Shown: piece after piece, positions 1 through 10,189 of the stretch
How positions within the stretch are numbered: the stretch's first letter is position 1
Layout of the letters: every line of letters starts with the position of its first letter
NCBI GenBank assembly: GCA_036339735.1
Contig: JAYZAL010000036.1
Span: forward strand, 64,001-128,000
Source: Candidatus Poribacteria bacterium
GTDB taxonomy: Bacteria > Poribacteria > WGA-4E > UBA9662
Direction of reading: 5' to 3'
Length of the DNA stretch: 64,000 nt
The notes under the pieces: model-generated
Told to the model about the DNA's origin: nothing
The model's input: only the letters and a program-made list of their open reading frames with translations
Database searches by the model: none
Made by a program: the position numbers and the translations under genes

Positions 1-76
1 AATAATAGGAATCGAGAGGAAGGACAATCCAGAAACAATTCTCTCCGGGTACCAAAAGATCGCTTCTAAGTAAAAG

Positions 77-106
77 AGAGGAATGAGAAGTACTGCTTAT
101 TCCTCT
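77..106 (+). terminator. Probable intrinsic terminator of the gene ending at the window start
   Basis: Inverted repeat AGAGGAATGAG...CTTATTCCTCT followed by T-rich sequence, just after stop codons at 67-73. Confidence 0.55.
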
Positions 107-164
107 ATCTTCTGTCTTTCTCATATGTTTTTTTGATGATTTTATAAATGACTGTATATTTCAG

Positions 165-374
165 ATGGAACAGAATCAACAGGATAGCCTTTTAGAAAAA
201 ACTTGGTTTACAAAATTTCTGGTGGGTGTCTTGGTTGTCCAAGTGATAGCGCTTAGTTTTTCGTTGAAGTATCGAGATCAGATTGTTGGGTATGCCCAAA
301 AGTTACCAGCGTTGGTTCGAAATGTTATTCTAGCCGAAAATAAAAATATAAATCGCCCCCGCCCGTTTGAGTAG
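165..374 (+). CDS. Small single-pass membrane protein, hypothetical
   Basis: 69-aa ORF with one hydrophobic segment (FLVGVLVVQVIALSFSL); no recognised family. Confidence 0.45.
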   Translation: MEQNQQDSLLEKTWFTKFLVGVLVVQVIALSFSLKYRDQIVGYAQKLPALVRNVILAENKNINRPRPFE

Positions 375-537
375 ACTATGTTTACCGCGTCTGAAGTTTA
401 TTGGCCACAGTTGGATCGTTGTCATTTTGATGGTCAAGAGAACTCACCTTCTTTTATTCGTTATTAATTACATGTTTGGATATCAATGTTTTCGATCTGG
501 GCAAGTGATAGTCGTACGTTCTGTAAGATAGCCAACC

Positions 538-1101
538 ATGGATTCAATCATTATCGAAGAAGGCTTTGATTTTCTACATAGCACGCTGACAAATAGGCGA
601 GTAATGTCAGTTTTGTCGATTCTAGGTTTTCTATTTATCGGATGTGGTTATGTATCAACCTCTGACTACCTAAGCCACATTGATAGCATCACCGTCACAC
701 CGGTGGATATTGAGGACCCTGACTTTACTTACGAAAGATCAACTGGTAAACTTTACGATGAGATTGTTCGTGAAGCAATGATTGATCGTTTTAGCCAAAA
801 ATGGCGAGATGGGAATGATTCTCAACTTGACTTGATTATCCGGGATTACGACATAAAAGCAATTGATTTTGATGGGAATAATCGTCCCATACGCTTGCAA
901 ATGAAACTGCTTGTAGACTACACGTTCAGAGATCAGGTTCGAAATAAATTAGTTGAACAGAATGATAGTTACCAGCAAATACACGAGTTTTTTCTTGTTT
1001 CTGGACGAGGTGAGCCACCGGAAACAATTGGCGAAGCTAAAAGTCGATTGGTCGAAGAATTAGTAGATGACTTGTATAGCTTATTGGCCGAACAGTGGTA
1101 A
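538..1101 (+). CDS. LptE-like LPS assembly lipoprotein
   Basis: Lipobox FIGC followed by GY..S...SHIDSITV, typical of divergent LptE/RlpB; true start may be the later Met (MSVLS). Confidence 0.6.
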   Translation: MDSIIIEEGFDFLHSTLTNRRVMSVLSILGFLFIGCGYVSTSDYLSHIDSITVTPVDIEDPDFTYERSTGKLYDEIVREAMIDRFSQKWRDGNDSQLDLIIRDYDIKAIDFDGNNRPIRLQMKLLVDYTFRDQVRNKLVEQNDSYQQIHEFFLVSGRGEPPETIGEAKSRLVEELVDDLYSLLAEQW

Positions 1102-1139
1102 AGTAATTTTGGAGACTGATTGATTCGGTTAACACAGAA

Positions 1140-2207
1140 ATGATGGTCTCATTTAGCAAGAAAAATTGTTTGTACCATTTCGTCGGTCTTTTTTGTCTAT
1201 CCGTGTTGGGTTGTCAAAAAAAAGACCGTTATTTGTCTATAGCTCAATACGAAAACTATCTGTATGGTGCATTGCAAACAAATAGTGTCAAAAAGACAAA
1301 AAAACTGATTGGAGAGATTAAGCTACGTTTGCCTAAATTTGATTCTGAGAAATCAAATTTGACTGACGTCGTCGACACTTTTTCACCTTCAAGGAATCCG
1401 GATAGTTCAGTCAGTCTAGTCGATCTGTTACCCAATAACAATGAGATCGAAGGCTGGAATCATGTAAAACCACCAAAAATTTACAATGGTCGAGAGCTGT
1501 ATTACGATGTCCCATTTGGTAATCCTCAACTATATTTTCGTTATGGGTTTCGGCAACAAGCTCACGTTGAATTTCAATCTCCTAAGTTGGGGGCACGTCC
1601 GCTCATTTTAGCTGAAGTCTTCGACCTAGGGACAGCTGAAAATGCATATAGTTTATTTAGTTCGACTCGTCTACCACAGGATCAGTATAGGATGATTGGA
1701 AGCAAAATGGCTGCTGAAATGGATGACCGCCTATTATTTTGCAAGGGACAATATTTAGTCGATATTGAAATGTATGAATATGCGACAGCTATAAATCAAG
1801 CTGTTACCGATATTGCGGAAAAAATTGAAGAACAAATCATAGATATTAATGATAGTCGTGTAAGTGAAGTGCCCTTGATTTCAGTTTTGCCAATTGAAAA
1901 CCACGTCTTACACTCTACGTACCTGAACCTAGACCAAAATCTACCCTCTCGTTACTGGCCTCTATCGGATTTATTAACCGACATCAACCCCAAATCCGTA
2001 TTTCGTACTTATAACGACAGTATCACTGAATTTAGTGATACTAATTATCATGGATTTGTAATGGAATTTGAAAATAAAGATTCAGCATCTCAGTATTTAG
2101 AATTAATCCAGGATCAGTTATTTGATCGTTATGGATCAGAGGCTACTAATAAAATGGATAACCAAGATGCTCCTGCAATTATGATGAAGTATATAACAAA
2201 TCCATGA
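1140..2207 (+). CDS. Lipoprotein, DUF6599-like
   Basis: Lipobox VLGC; motifs P.IY...ELY, YFRYGF and EVFDLGTAENAYSLFS resemble DUF6599. Confidence 0.55.
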   Translation: MMVSFSKKNCLYHFVGLFCLSVLGCQKKDRYLSIAQYENYLYGALQTNSVKKTKKLIGEIKLRLPKFDSEKSNLTDVVDTFSPSRNPDSSVSLVDLLPNNNEIEGWNHVKPPKIYNGRELYYDVPFGNPQLYFRYGFRQQAHVEFQSPKLGARPLILAEVFDLGTAENAYSLFSSTRLPQDQYRMIGSKMAAEMDDRLLFCKGQYLVDIEMYEYATAINQAVTDIAEKIEEQIIDINDSRVSEVPLISVLPIENHVLHSTYLNLDQNLPSRYWPLSDLLTDINPKSVFRTYNDSITEFSDTNYHGFVMEFENKDSASQYLELIQDQLFDRYGSEATNKMDNQDAPAIMMKYITNP

Positions 2208-2235
2208 GAAGACATAGTATTATCAGGAATAAGAA

Positions 2236-3588
2236 ATGAAAGCTATTATTATTGGTGCCGGGGAAGTCGGGTTTCAACTGTCTAAGGTTCTGCTTGCCGA
2301 AAATTACGATGTGGTAGCAATAGATAAATCCCAAGTGGCTTGCGATAGGCTTTCGGAAACACTAGACCTGATGACACTTTGTGGATCAGGATCAACTCCA
2401 TCTTTACTTGAAACCGCAGGCATATCCGATACTGATTTGTTAATCGCGGTCACGAACTCTGATGAAACCAACATACTTGCTAGTTTGATTGCCAAGCAAT
2501 GCGGTGTCAAAAACAAAATTGCCAGAGTAAGCAACTCCACTTACTTTGATAATAATATAATAAATCGGGATGATCTTGGTATTGATCACACGATAAATTC
2601 TGAAAGGCTTTGTGCCGCCGAGTTTATTCGCCTACTTAGGTCTGCGGAAGCACGTGAGGTAGTTGATTTCGCCGGCGGAAAAATTCAGCTTATCGCTTTT
2701 AATATCGATTCGGACAACCCACTTGTCAATTCTTCTATCGAAGAAATCTCCAGTAGGAATATATTTGCTGAACTTCGTTTTGTCGCCCTTAAGAAAAAAG
2801 GGGGGAAATCGACAATTATGCCAAGAGGTTCGAATCAAATATCTTTGGGAGACGAAGTGTTTGTGATGGGCAGTCGTAGCGCTATTTCAAACATAATGAA
2901 AGTATCTGGAATATCAAGCTCCCACAATTTGGAGAGACTAGTTATCGCTGGAGCTTCAAAAATTGGAATTGAAGTTGCTAAACAACTAGAGTCCTCGTCT
3001 GTGAAAGTTTCGATGATTGAGCCAGACATTCATAAAGCAGAAGAAGCTAGTTCAATATTAAAAAAGGCTATTATAATTCACGGTAGCTTCTTAGAGAGAC
3101 AAATTTTAGCCGAGGCAGGAATACGTGAAGCTGACAGTTTCATCTCAGTAACAGGAGATGATGAAGATGACATCATGTCTTGCATCTTGTCAACGGCTGA
3201 AGGCGCAGAACGAACAATTCCTCTGATACAAGAACCAACCTATCTACCAATACTAGCATCTATAACCGAAATAGACTCGGCTGTCAGTCGGCACCTAACA
3301 CTTGTTAATGATATTTTGCGCTTGTTACGAAGTGGAAATGTATTGAAAGATGTTTTAATAAAAGATATCGACGCTGAAGTCCTAGAGTTGGTAGTTACCG
3401 AAAAAGCAAAAGCCTGTAACAAAAAAATCAGTTCCATTTCCTTTCCCAGAGATGCTGTAATTGGCGCGATTCTCCGGTCCGATAAAGTTGTGCTACCAAC
3501 AGGAGATGTCATCATTCAACCTGGAGATGATATAGTCATTTTCAGTCAACCTGAATCCATACCCCAAATAGAATCCTTGTTTACTTAA
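2236..3588 (+). CDS. trkA: Trk system potassium uptake NAD-binding subunit
   Basis: N-terminal IIIGAGEVG Rossmann motif, two RCK_N/RCK_C pairs, 450 aa, directly upstream of trkH. Confidence 0.95.
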   Translation: MKAIIIGAGEVGFQLSKVLLAENYDVVAIDKSQVACDRLSETLDLMTLCGSGSTPSLLETAGISDTDLLIAVTNSDETNILASLIAKQCGVKNKIARVSNSTYFDNNIINRDDLGIDHTINSERLCAAEFIRLLRSAEAREVVDFAGGKIQLIAFNIDSDNPLVNSSIEEISSRNIFAELRFVALKKKGGKSTIMPRGSNQISLGDEVFVMGSRSAISNIMKVSGISSSHNLERLVIAGASKIGIEVAKQLESSSVKVSMIEPDIHKAEEASSILKKAIIIHGSFLERQILAEAGIREADSFISVTGDDEDDIMSCILSTAEGAERTIPLIQEPTYLPILASITEIDSAVSRHLTLVNDILRLLRSGNVLKDVLIKDIDAEVLELVVTEKAKACNKKISSISFPRDAVIGAILRSDKVVLPTGDVIIQPGDDIVIFSQPESIPQIESLFT

Positions 3589-3660
3589 CTCAATAAATAA
3601 TCCTCCTGTGATGATTTTCCAGTCGATTCACCTCGATGTATTATTCTCAGGGCTTTACCC

Positions 3661-5370
3661 ATGAATATCAAATTAGTCATTTTTACACTTAGCAATTTAC
3701 TATTGGCTACGGCTGTCGCCCTTCTCGTGCCGCTTGGAGTCTCAATTTGCTACAGAAGCCAAGGTAGTGAAGACTGGATTGTATTTGTCGCAAGTTCGGT
3801 GGGTGCCGCTTTGATTGGTGGAATTTTGCATTTACTTACACGTAAATCTGATCGAGTAATGAGTAACAGGGAAGCCTTCGCTATTGTGTCTTTCGGTTGG
3901 ATTATTGTTGCTTTAATAGGGGCAATGCCTTATTTTCTTTATCAAGACTTTTTAGGTTCAGGTATTGATAAAGAAGTTTCGGCCTTTCGTCGATTTACCG
4001 ATAGTTACTTTGAGTCTATGTCCGGTTTAAGTACTACAGGGGCGACTATTTTAACAGAAATTGAACACCTACCACACGGCATCCTGTTTTGGCGTAGTTT
4101 TACCCATTGGTTCGGTGGTATGGGTATATTGGTGTTAGCTGTTGCAATCCTACCTTTGCTTGGTGTCGGAGGCATGCAATTACTTCGAGCTGAAGCCCCT
4201 GGCCCCCAAACTGATCGCTTGACGCCACGCATTCAAGAAACGGCAAAAGTATTATGGTGGGTCTATGTGTTAATCACACTCGTTGAGGTCGTTTGCCTTT
4301 GGGTAGGAACCGTTTGGATAGTGCCCGAAGAAGTTCGAGAAAGTCCGGCTGATGGCCTATTCTATGCTTTTTGTCATGCTTTCGGTACTGTGGCCACTGG
4401 TGGCTTCTCTCCTAAAAATGCTAGCATTGGGCATTACCAAAGTATTTATATTGATACGATAATTATCATTTTTATGTTCATTGCAGGTACTAACTTTTCA
4501 CTACACTACAGAGCTCTAAAAGGTAATATTGGAAGCTACTGGAAAGACGAAGAATTCCGGTTTTATGTATTCATTGTTGGAACTGTAACAACTGTGCTGA
4601 TGCTATGTACTATGTTACAACCAGTAGTCGTTATTAATGGTACAGTTCGTGCTGTAAACCAAGAAGAAGTAATAGAGATTGACAATCAAATTTATCCAAT
4701 TGTTGATGGTAAAGTCCAGTACGAAAATCAACCCTACCCAATAATAAACGAACAAGTAACAATCAATAATCAAATTTATCCAGTTTATAAAGGTAATGTA
4801 GTATATAATTCGATTGGAAGTGCTCTTCGATTTGTTCTTTTTCAGGTTTTAGCGATTGTCACTACTACTGGATATGGAACTGCAGATTTCGAGCTCTGGC
4901 CCTACCTAGCCCAAATAATACTGATTTTTTTGATGTTCTTTGGAGGGTCTGCGGGGTCTACTGGAGGAGGAATGAAGCAAGTTCGGTTTCTGCTCCTTAT
5001 CAAGCAAGGCTATCGAGAAATAAAGCATATGATTTTGCCTCATGCGGTCTTGCCAATTAAGCTTAATGAACAAATAGTACCAAAAGAGATCATGTCGAAT
5101 ATTTTGGGCTTTTTCTTTATTGGAGTAGCAGTATTTGTGTTAGCTACTATTTCTTTAGCTGGTCTTGGATTGGATTTGACAAGTGCTTCCACGTCTGTCG
5201 CCTCAGCTCTAATGAATATTGGGCCGGGTTTAGGTACCGTTGGTCCAACCGATAACTATGCTCATATATTACCTGTAGGTAAATGGGTGCTCTGTTTTTG
5301 CATGTTAATGGGTCGCCTTGAACTATACACACTACTAGTAATTTTGACACCAATGGCTTGGCGAAAATAA
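3661..5370 (+). CDS. trkH: Trk system potassium uptake membrane protein
   Basis: Pore motifs FESMSGLSTTGAT, TVATGGFS, TTTGY and NIGPG; GGSAGSTGGGMK; GRLE. Confidence 0.95.
   Translation: MNIKLVIFTLSNLLLATAVALLVPLGVSICYRSQGSEDWIVFVASSVGAALIGGILHLLTRKSDRVMSNREAFAIVSFGWIIVALIGAMPYFLYQDFLGSGIDKEVSAFRRFTDSYFESMSGLSTTGATILTEIEHLPHGILFWRSFTHWFGGMGILVLAVAILPLLGVGGMQLLRAEAPGPQTDRLTPRIQETAKVLWWVYVLITLVEVVCLWVGTVWIVPEEVRESPADGLFYAFCHAFGTVATGGFSPKNASIGHYQSIYIDTIIIIFMFIAGTNFSLHYRALKGNIGSYWKDEEFRFYVFIVGTVTTVLMLCTMLQPVVVINGTVRAVNQEEVIEIDNQIYPIVDGKVQYENQPYPIINEQVTINNQIYPVYKGNVVYNSIGSALRFVLFQVLAIVTTTGYGTADFELWPYLAQIILIFLMFFGGSAGSTGGGMKQVRFLLLIKQGYREIKHMILPHAVLPIKLNEQIVPKEIMSNILGFFFIGVAVFVLATISLAGLGLDLTSASTSVASALMNIGPGLGTVGPTDNYAHILPVGKWVLCFCMLMGRLELYTLLVILTPMAWRK
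4675..4800 (+). repeat. In-frame 42-bp (14-aa) tandem repeat x3 within trkH
   Basis: aatcaaatttatcca at 4684, aatcaaccctaccca at 4726, aatcaaatttatcca at 4768; protein units EIDNQIYPIVDGKV / QYENQPYPIINEQV / TINNQIYPVYKGNV. Confidence 0.85.
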
Positions 5371-5402
5371 CCCTAGAAGATTTAACATTGATTCGTACAA
5401 GT

Positions 5403-6791
5403 ATGAAGAAAGTTGGATCAAGAGTTGGTTGCCTGATTGTTTGGTTTATCTTTTTTCAGGAACAATTTTGTATTAATGTTCATGCTGAAATTAATCAGTC
5501 TCGCCAAAATGCTATTGTAAATGCTGTTCAGTTAGCTAGTCCGGCGGTTGTTAACATCAGTACAACCCGAATTGAGCATGTTTACGTTAACCCATTTTTT
5601 GAGGACTTTTGGCGTTCCCCATTTTTTGATTTCCCTCGGGTTCCACAACAACGCGAACGAAGAGGGCTTGGTTCAGGGGTGATTTTATCTCCCGAAGGCC
5701 ATATTTTAACTAATTATCATGTTATTGAAAACGCCGACTCGATTCAGGTAATTTTGTCAGATGGTCGCCAATATGAAGCGAAACTAATTGGTGAAGATGT
5801 TTTTTCTGATTTAGCTGTCCTAAAGATCGAAGATATGAAACAACAGATTGAAGACCTAGTCTCAATCGAAATTGGTAACTCGGAAAACTTACTTGTCGGT
5901 GAGTGGGCAATTGCTATTGGCCACCCATTTGCAACGTCGGTCGGTAATCCCAAGCCAACCGTTACGGTCGGGGTAGTGAGTGCCAAAGACCGTTCTTTAG
6001 AAACAGATAAACAGCGACATCGAAACTTAATTCAAACAGATGCCTCAATAAATCCAGGCAATAGTGGTGGGGCACTAGTTAACGCCCAAGGTGAGTTGAT
6101 TGGTATTAATACTGCTATATATTCCACTAGTGGTGGCTCACAAGGAGTTGGGTTTGCCATACCAGTGAGTACTGCTGTTAAAATTTGGAGGAAACTTACC
6201 AAATACGGTACAGTTGTCGCTCCGGTACTCGGTATTACAGTACAAGACCTAACTCCCGAGCTAGCAGACAAATTAAAAGTTGAGCCATTCGGAGTTTTAG
6301 TGGCAGAAGTCAACAAACAAAATAGGATAGCTAATCTAAAGCGGGGAGATATTATCACAGAGGTTGGCCAAAATAAAATTGTTGATACTAATGCTTTTCG
6401 GAACTTCGTTAGGTTACTAGATGTAGGCGAACTTCTAACTTTACAAGTAATACGCAAAAAAAAGCAAATACAAATAGAAGTTGAGGTGACAGAATTAGAA
6501 TGGGATTATCAACTCAGAGGTTGGGAAATACGAGTCAAACAACCTAACTATGGAGAAAATCAGAGCTATAATCGTAGTGGTGTGATAGTAACACAAATTG
6601 GTAAAAGGAGTGAGCTAGCGCGCCGTGGCCTAAAAAAAGGGGACCTTATATACCGTATTGCCGATACTTATGTTAGTACACTAGAAGAATTGAAGTTGAT
6701 CGCAGATCAGTTGCCAAGAGGTTACCCTTTTAGTATTCGATTTGAAAGAAAAGGCCAGACTGGTGTCATCCGTAATCTTGTCATTCAATAG
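5403..6791 (+). CDS. HtrA/DegP-family periplasmic serine protease with two PDZ domains
   Basis: TNYHV, SDLAVLKI and QTDASINPGNSGGAL catalytic triad motifs; two PDZ-like C-terminal domains; start moved to ATG 5403 to avoid overlap with trkH. Confidence 0.93.
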   Translation: MKKVGSRVGCLIVWFIFFQEQFCINVHAEINQSRQNAIVNAVQLASPAVVNISTTRIEHVYVNPFFEDFWRSPFFDFPRVPQQRERRGLGSGVILSPEGHILTNYHVIENADSIQVILSDGRQYEAKLIGEDVFSDLAVLKIEDMKQQIEDLVSIEIGNSENLLVGEWAIAIGHPFATSVGNPKPTVTVGVVSAKDRSLETDKQRHRNLIQTDASINPGNSGGALVNAQGELIGINTAIYSTSGGSQGVGFAIPVSTAVKIWRKLTKYGTVVAPVLGITVQDLTPELADKLKVEPFGVLVAEVNKQNRIANLKRGDIITEVGQNKIVDTNAFRNFVRLLDVGELLTLQVIRKKKQIQIEVEVTELEWDYQLRGWEIRVKQPNYGENQSYNRSGVIVTQIGKRSELARRGLKKGDLIYRIADTYVSTLEELKLIADQLPRGYPFSIRFERKGQTGVIRNLVIQ

Positions 6792-6825
6792 TTTTATTAA
6801 TCCTTCTTAAGAATATTCAATTATT

Positions 6826-7584
6826 ATGTCAAAACGGCCTTTAATTATTGCAGTAGTTGTTACTTTAGTTATTTCTATACCGTTAATCCTTAAGTTACAT
6901 ATATCTGAAGGATACCAGCCCAGAAGTGCTTTGAATATGGATAGTGAGGAATTTCGCGACCTTAGAAACCAGGGAAAACGGGCCAGCACAATGAAGAATT
7001 ACACTCAGGCAATTACTATTTATGAGGCCGCACTTAAAATGCGACCAGATAATGCAGAAGTTCGTAATGATCTTGGGTATGTTTATTACGAACATGCGCT
7101 GGATCAAGCAGGACCTAATTGGCCCTCATGGGAAAGCGACCTAAGTAGACGTACACCAGTTGAAGTCATAAGAGAACTGGAAACAGCTCTTAAACTAATT
7201 TCTTCTGGCTATATCCGTTTAACCGTCGATGACAAGGAGTGCGTGCGCGAAGTTACAGAAAATGCCCAAGAAAGGGGCGCACAAGTATATACAACGCCTT
7301 GGAAAGAGGGGGCAGATATTCATATTTTGGTTGGAACTACTAGGGAATATCTGATGAAAGCCCGTGATAGCTTCATGGCTGCTATTGACATCAAGGACGC
7401 ATATGCTCCAGCTTTCCAAAATTTAGGCTCTTTATGGATGAAAGTTGGTTTGAGGAATATTGCAGTGCAGAATTTGGAACGTGCTTATAAACTTGAGCCC
7501 CGTAACCAAGAGCTAGCTCGTTATCTAAAGCAATTGAAGGAACAACCTAACTTAATTACAACCTACGTCGGGTCAGATGATTGA
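6826..7584 (+). CDS. Membrane-anchored TPR protein
   Basis: N-terminal TM; TPR motifs AITIYEAALKMRPDNAEVRNDLGYVY and AFQNLGSLW...ERAYKLEP. Confidence 0.8.
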   Translation: MSKRPLIIAVVVTLVISIPLILKLHISEGYQPRSALNMDSEEFRDLRNQGKRASTMKNYTQAITIYEAALKMRPDNAEVRNDLGYVYYEHALDQAGPNWPSWESDLSRRTPVEVIRELETALKLISSGYIRLTVDDKECVREVTENAQERGAQVYTTPWKEGADIHILVGTTREYLMKARDSFMAAIDIKDAYAPAFQNLGSLWMKVGLRNIAVQNLERAYKLEPRNQELARYLKQLKEQPNLITTYVGSDD

Positions 7585-7634
7585 ACTCAATGTGGTTTAC
7601 TGGTAGAAAAAACTAGTTATATCCAGTTACTCCT

Positions 7635-9020
7635 GTGCAATTCTCGGTTCAAGAAATCATTAATATTACTGGTGGCCAATTGGTACGAGGTCATTTAGAT
7701 CAAACGGTTGGTAGAGTTTCAACTGACAGTCGGAGTCTGTGTATCGGTGATTTGTTTTTAGCTCTATTGGGTGAGCACTTTGATGGCCATGATTTTTTAT
7801 CCCAAGCAGTAATCAATGGAGCAATGGGAGTAGTTGTTTCTCGAGTAGATGTTTCTCTGAAACAACTAAATGCTTCCCTAGTTATTAGAGTTCCGGATAC
7901 ACTCCAAGCCTACGGGGATCTGGCGAAAGCTTATCGAGAAAAATTTGATGGGCCCGTTATAGCGGTAACCGGTAGTAACGGTAAAACAACCACAAAGGAA
8001 ATGATAAATTCAGTATTATCAGTCAAATTTAGTGTTTTCAAATCAAAGAAGAATTACAATAACTTGGTCGGTTTACCCAAAAGCCTGTTAGAATTACCGG
8101 TTCAAAGAGCGGATATTGCAGTGTTTGAGCTAGGAACAAATCGACCTGGAGAAATAGCACGGCTGACTGACATAGTACGGCCAACCGTTGGATTGATCAC
8201 AAATATAGGTTTTAGTCATATAGAGTTTTTGAGAGACCTCGATGGTGTCGCCAAAGAAAAATGTGCATTGTTGAAGAATGTCAAAGTAGCGATTCTCAAC
8301 AATAATGACACGAAACTAGCAAATATCCAAACAGATTTAGTTACTCATCGGGTTAACTTTGGTACGGATGGGGATGTCGTCGCCCAAAATATTCATCTCA
8401 ATTGTGATGGATTAGCATCGTTTCAACTAGTGATTAATCAATTAGGTGAAACAATCCCAATTCACTTGCCGTGTATCGGTTACCATAATGTTTTTAATGC
8501 ATTGGCCGCCGCCGCGGTTGGTTACTGGGCAGGTTTAACGTTACAACAAATAAAGACTGGTTTGGAAACCTTTCGAATAGTACAAATGAGGTTACAACCA
8601 ATTAATATCAACGGCTTTCGAATTATCAATGATGCATATAATGCTAACCCAGATTCTGTTCAAAGTGCATTAGAACTCTTTTCTGATCTTCGTGCCAAAG
8701 GAGAAAAAATTGCTGTTTTAGGTGATATGCTTGAACTTGGAGAACAATCGGATAGGCTGCATCATCAAATAGGTGAAAATATACCGACAGATCTTGATTT
8801 ACTAATTACGGTTGGGAAACTGAGTCGACAAATTGCGAAGGGAGCTAAAAAGCGTATTTCGCGTATTATCTCTTGTAATTCGGCTAAAGAAGTAGTACCA
8901 ATAATAGACCGATACTTGTCAGATGGGGATATAATATTGATAAAAGGATCCCGAGGATTGAAGCTGGAACAAATAGTCGAAGAATTACGAAATCGTGAGC
9001 CTAAGGAGCTAAAGATATGA
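7635..9020 (+). CDS. murF: UDP-N-acetylmuramoyl-tripeptide--D-Ala-D-Ala ligase
   Basis: STDSR, FDGHDF, TGSNGKTTTKE, NDAYNANP, LGDMLELG, KGSRG. Confidence 0.97.
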   Translation: MQFSVQEIINITGGQLVRGHLDQTVGRVSTDSRSLCIGDLFLALLGEHFDGHDFLSQAVINGAMGVVVSRVDVSLKQLNASLVIRVPDTLQAYGDLAKAYREKFDGPVIAVTGSNGKTTTKEMINSVLSVKFSVFKSKKNYNNLVGLPKSLLELPVQRADIAVFELGTNRPGEIARLTDIVRPTVGLITNIGFSHIEFLRDLDGVAKEKCALLKNVKVAILNNNDTKLANIQTDLVTHRVNFGTDGDVVAQNIHLNCDGLASFQLVINQLGETIPIHLPCIGYHNVFNALAAAAVGYWAGLTLQQIKTGLETFRIVQMRLQPININGFRIINDAYNANPDSVQSALELFSDLRAKGEKIAVLGDMLELGEQSDRLHHQIGENIPTDLDLLITVGKLSRQIAKGAKKRISRIISCNSAKEVVPIIDRYLSDGDIILIKGSRGLKLEQIVEELRNREPKELKI

Positions 9021-10189
9021 AGTTGGGTTACACAATTTGGAGCGACTATCACTATACACATTTCCTGGAAATATTACCAAAATTAAAAGAAATAGGTGTA
9101 ACAACTGTTGCCATAGTTCCCCAATATTTGCTAGATAGAGATGATCGAGCGAGACTTATTGAGATTTACTTGCCAATTCGAGATACTGTATCTGCTATCA
9201 GAGATACTGGATTTGAATTGATGGTCAAACCTCATTTCGTTCCACGAGATTCTAGTGGAAAAATGCCTTCTAATTGGCAGGGCTGGGTTGGTACTGTGAA
9301 AATGAATTCCTGGGAGCTGTTGATGGGGAGAATTAGACTAGAACTCGAAAGTTTGGCCAAAGATTATCAGCCGGAATACCTTTGCCTTGGCAGTGATCTA
9401 ATTGGAACACATCGCAATCGTATACAGTGGCAAGATATTATTACTAGCCTAACCACATTCAACACATCATTAGTTTATGGTAATACTTTTTGGCAGCCGT
9501 TACTACAACGTTTTCGTTGGCGCTTATTTTGGTCGGTCTTGTTTGGTAGCTATAACCGAGTTTTAAATTTGGCGTTGCCAACTAGGCGTTTTATTGTTCC
9601 AGATGATCAACAAACCGATGTTGGTCGTTCGATATACCGCAGCGGGTTTCGATTTTCTCTAGATGCAGTCGGTCTTAATTTGTATTGGCCACCGGAAGAT
9701 AACAAGTATGATGATATTGAAGAAATTTGGTTTAATTATCAACAAAATGGGTTAGAAATCAATTATGTAGAGGCTACCGAAAACTGGCAAGGAGATAATC
9801 CTTTATGGATTACCGAATGCGATTTAGTCGGTCCTCATAGATCCGATATACAATATTACCAGAAGTGGTGGGAAGCTTGTGTCTCAGTCTGGGGAGGTCG
9901 TTGTGAGCTAATCATGTGTCATGAGCAAGGACCTCCACAGTGGATTGAAATGGCAAGGTCAAGTCCGTTTATTATCCAAGAAATCAAAAATTGGCAACAA
10001 GAAAAGAAAAAAAGTGAATCCGAAATGGTTTCAGGACTAGTGCCTAACTGGCAACAGAATTATGAATTATCATCACGTTCAACAAAACGTGATCGGGTAA
10101 ATACTAATAATATTCCATTAGAAGAGCAGGGGACGGCTGACTTTCAAGCCGCAATAGCTCGAATAGATCAGGAGGAGAATCGTGCCTAA
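9017..10189 (+). CDS. TIM-barrel glycoside hydrolase-like protein (GH113-like)
   Basis: LKEIGVTTVAIVP, GFELMVKPH, LCLGSDL, DAVGLNLYWP and PLWITEC follow the clan GH-A/GH113 strand pattern; ATGA overlap with murF. Confidence 0.55.
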   Translation: MKLGYTIWSDYHYTHFLEILPKLKEIGVTTVAIVPQYLLDRDDRARLIEIYLPIRDTVSAIRDTGFELMVKPHFVPRDSSGKMPSNWQGWVGTVKMNSWELLMGRIRLELESLAKDYQPEYLCLGSDLIGTHRNRIQWQDIITSLTTFNTSLVYGNTFWQPLLQRFRWRLFWSVLFGSYNRVLNLALPTRRFIVPDDQQTDVGRSIYRSGFRFSLDAVGLNLYWPPEDNKYDDIEEIWFNYQQNGLEINYVEATENWQGDNPLWITECDLVGPHRSDIQYYQKWWEACVSVWGGRCELIMCHEQGPPQWIEMARSSPFIIQEIKNWQQEKKKSESEMVSGLVPNWQQNYELSSRSTKRDRVNTNNIPLEEQGTADFQAAIARIDQEENRA

